Positions 61,445-64,000 of a stretch of DNA of 64,000 nt are shown here, piece by piece (positions within the stretch are counted from its first letter, which is position 1; each line of letters opens with the position of its first letter). The translations under genes and the position numbers were made by a program. A model generated the notes under the pieces. That model worked only from the letters and a program-made list of their open reading frames with translations, was not told the origin of the DNA and searched no databases. Where the stretch lies: the NCBI GenBank assembly GCA_040954595.2, contig CM082582.2, positions 10,345,483 through 10,409,482 on the forward strand. The letters run 5' to 3'. Origin of the DNA: Balanoglossus misakiensis. Lineage: Eukaryota; Animalia; Hemichordata.

Positions 61445-64000
61445 ACCGGGAAAGGACTCTGCACCAACCCCCACACACATGAAATGGTTTGTTCCAAGCT
61501 TACACTCACGGCTCATTCCATTGCTCCACGGTGGGGGAGGGGTGTGTACAAAAGGTGTGCTGGTGCCAGCTTTTGAACATTGTACCCACAAATGAGGACA
61601 TGAACTTTTCTAAGAAAAATAAGATATCAAAACAAGGGGATAAAAAGATTGTATTAACACTGTCTTTTGAGTCAATGTTATCAAGATGATTTGGTGTGTA
61701 CTAGTGAATGATGGAGATGCATTTTCTATATAAAAAAGTACTTTTTGAAAAATACAAAAAAAAAATAAGCTACAGAGGTGGTAGCTAAAAGTATACTCAA
61801 CTCTCGATGAAGTTGATCAGCTCTCTAACCAGGGAGTCTGAACTTCAGCTGAGTAAAGGAAACCAAGTCCTAAGCAACAGAATAACTTCTAACAATGTGG
61901 TTGTTTAATTTCAATTTGTTTACAGGGTCCGAGTTTTTTTTCCATTTCGTGTGTTTTTTTATTCCATGGAAAACATCCAGTGTGATATGAGAATTGTACT
62001 TTATGTTTATAGATGAGGACTTCATAGGTTCATCTGTCTGAGGTTTCCCTATTTTCTATCAGAAGCTAGATGGGTACATTCTCTGTTAAAAATTTATAGG
62101 TGATATCTCCTTAGGGGGGAAAAATGAACAATTTGTTACCAGTACGGTAGTGACAAATTTGAAGAAGGAAAAGCAAGCAGCTATGTGCTGTTTTCCATAA
62201 ATGTTTGGAAATTTTGAATGATTTCTTGATATTTGTGCAATATTTTTTTTTGTTTTCTTTTTCGAGAAGCAGTCTCACAGCCATGCAAAGAAAAAAAAGA
62301 TTTTTTTGGCCTGGAGTGCCCACTTGACAACGGTAACCAGGTCCTTGAGAAACCAATTCAGCATTCATGTGCTGGGACTGTCTTCCACACTTCTACAACT
62401 TTTTGTAGTGCGACCTAGATTTTTGTAGCAGTCAATTCATTTGTGCTTCAGGTTTTTACAAATGATGCTTTTGGCACATTGCCAAGGTATAGTTGCTCCA
62501 AAAAAAATCACGCAGTGGCAGCCATAATTCCCTGGGCTCTGTAGTATTAGAGTCTTAGTAAAAATCAGTGTTTTTTCCATGGCTCTGTGCCAGGAAACGT
62601 AGCAAAAACACAGTCATTTCTTGGCTAAGTGCCAGGAAAAGTTGCAAAGTCATATTGTGCGTCTTTTAGCGAATAATTCTGGCTTGATAAGGGCATTTTC
62701 TAAAGAAATCTTGATGCATTGCTGTCATTTATCAGTAGTCCTGCAAGACAGCAAAGATTTCGACTCTCATTTGCAGTCATGATTCATAAAAATTTGTTCC
62801 GACCAGTATCGACAACTTTCACTTTGTGTTACTATCGTAAAAAGGGGGTTCAGTTGTGAGTGGGCAACCCTCTGCTGTGCTCATGTTGTTGTGTGGCATG
62901 AGACTTCTAGAATCGAGTGTGCAAAGTTTTTGTTAACCTTAAACAAAGATGAAGTTGCATGTATAATATGCTCTCGAATGTAGCATCTGAAAACTTTGTT
63001 TGAAATTTCATTTTGCTGGAAAAAAACAAAAAACAAAGTACACTTGGGTTTGCAAGTTGATGTACAATTATGTATGGAGTAAATCTTGATCCATAATGAA
63101 ATTAACTTTGGGATAACTGCCATTGTGGTGTTTGGAATCAGGGTTGGGAATTTTGAGTAGGGTTTGGGGGAAAAGTAGCAAGGGATTTTGATGGTGCAAT
63201 TGGATGGGTAGATTAGGGGAGGGGGGGGGGGGTTTCATGCAGAATATGGGGAAACATAATTTTGTGCACTGCTTGATATGAAGTGATCACTTCAGTTTGT
63301 GTTGAAGTTGACTAGAAAATATACAAAAATTGGCCAGCGATTTTGATTCACTGGAAAATGCAGTGAAACAAAATATTCCTGAAAAGTTCTTGTGTTCAGA
63401 TAATCAAACATTGGGTGTAAAAATCAAATTTCTTGAGGTTTTTAAAAAATAATCCAACATTGATACTCATACCGACAAAATAGTAGGCTTTGGAAGATGA
63501 CCGACCATGGGAGGTTCTTCCAGAGATCAACAGATGAATTTTGTACACTTTTCGTTTGGAGTGTGCAAAAATAAAAAAGATGCACATCTAACAGTCGTGA
63601 TGAACGTCAATCTACTCGTCCATGCAGATTTGTGTGTGTCGACTCTTTCACACCCCTATCTGAAAGTAGACAGGTCCAAGCTCGTAGCTCGAAAACATGG
63701 GGTGAAACTGTAGTGCAAAGGTTGAAAAGGGGTCACATCACAGACTGCGTGGGAGCCAGCTGGAAACAATGATCACATTTCGAACAATATTTTTTTGAGA
63801 GAAACCATCCAGAATTGTGTAGTTCTCGCATCTTGAAATAATCTTCAAACCGTATCAGCGAGAAGACTACACAGGAAATCTTTTTTTTTTCTTGATATGA
63901 GGATTGGATCACTAAAGGTATTCGAAGACGACCATTTTCTTTGTCACATGAACTGTGGCGATGAGAAAGACCTTGGTGTTTGGTACACTGGTCTTTTTGG

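Noticed and set aside
63730-64000. Possible C-terminal exon of a convergent minus-strand gene at the window edge
   Set aside because: All three minus frames are open at the edge and none gives a recognisable protein; the neighbouring window is needed.

Overview
Eukaryotic (invertebrate metazoan) genomic DNA: AT-rich, with spliceosomal introns and no prokaryotic features. The ORF track fragments every gene, so I assembled exons by hand from GT-AG sites and frame continuity. Four genes are supported. (1) The 3' six coding exons of a ZDHHC3/7-type palmitoyltransferase (+, 6272-9938). (2) An apparently complete gel-forming mucin / hemocytin-like gene of about 59 exons and about 4,700 aa (-, 12403-39501). 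Its order is signal peptide, Sushi/EGF array, C-type lectin, VWD1-3 assemblies, five PTS+CysD modules (one with 13 x 81-bp repeats), LDLa, VWD4-5, VWC repeats and a cystine knot. (3) A small spliced secreted precursor of 108 aa (-, 45096-46503) that only appears after splicing. It encodes ...RRRPINPAIRF-GKR, a predicted RFamide neuropeptide, behind a two-cysteine pro-region resembling arthropod myosuppressin precursors. This is the most novel-looking item. (4) A complete USP10 deubiquitinase (+, 52973-61444) with an N-terminal FGDF motif, tiny uORFs and a U12-type minor intron. Species identity cannot be fixed from the sequence.
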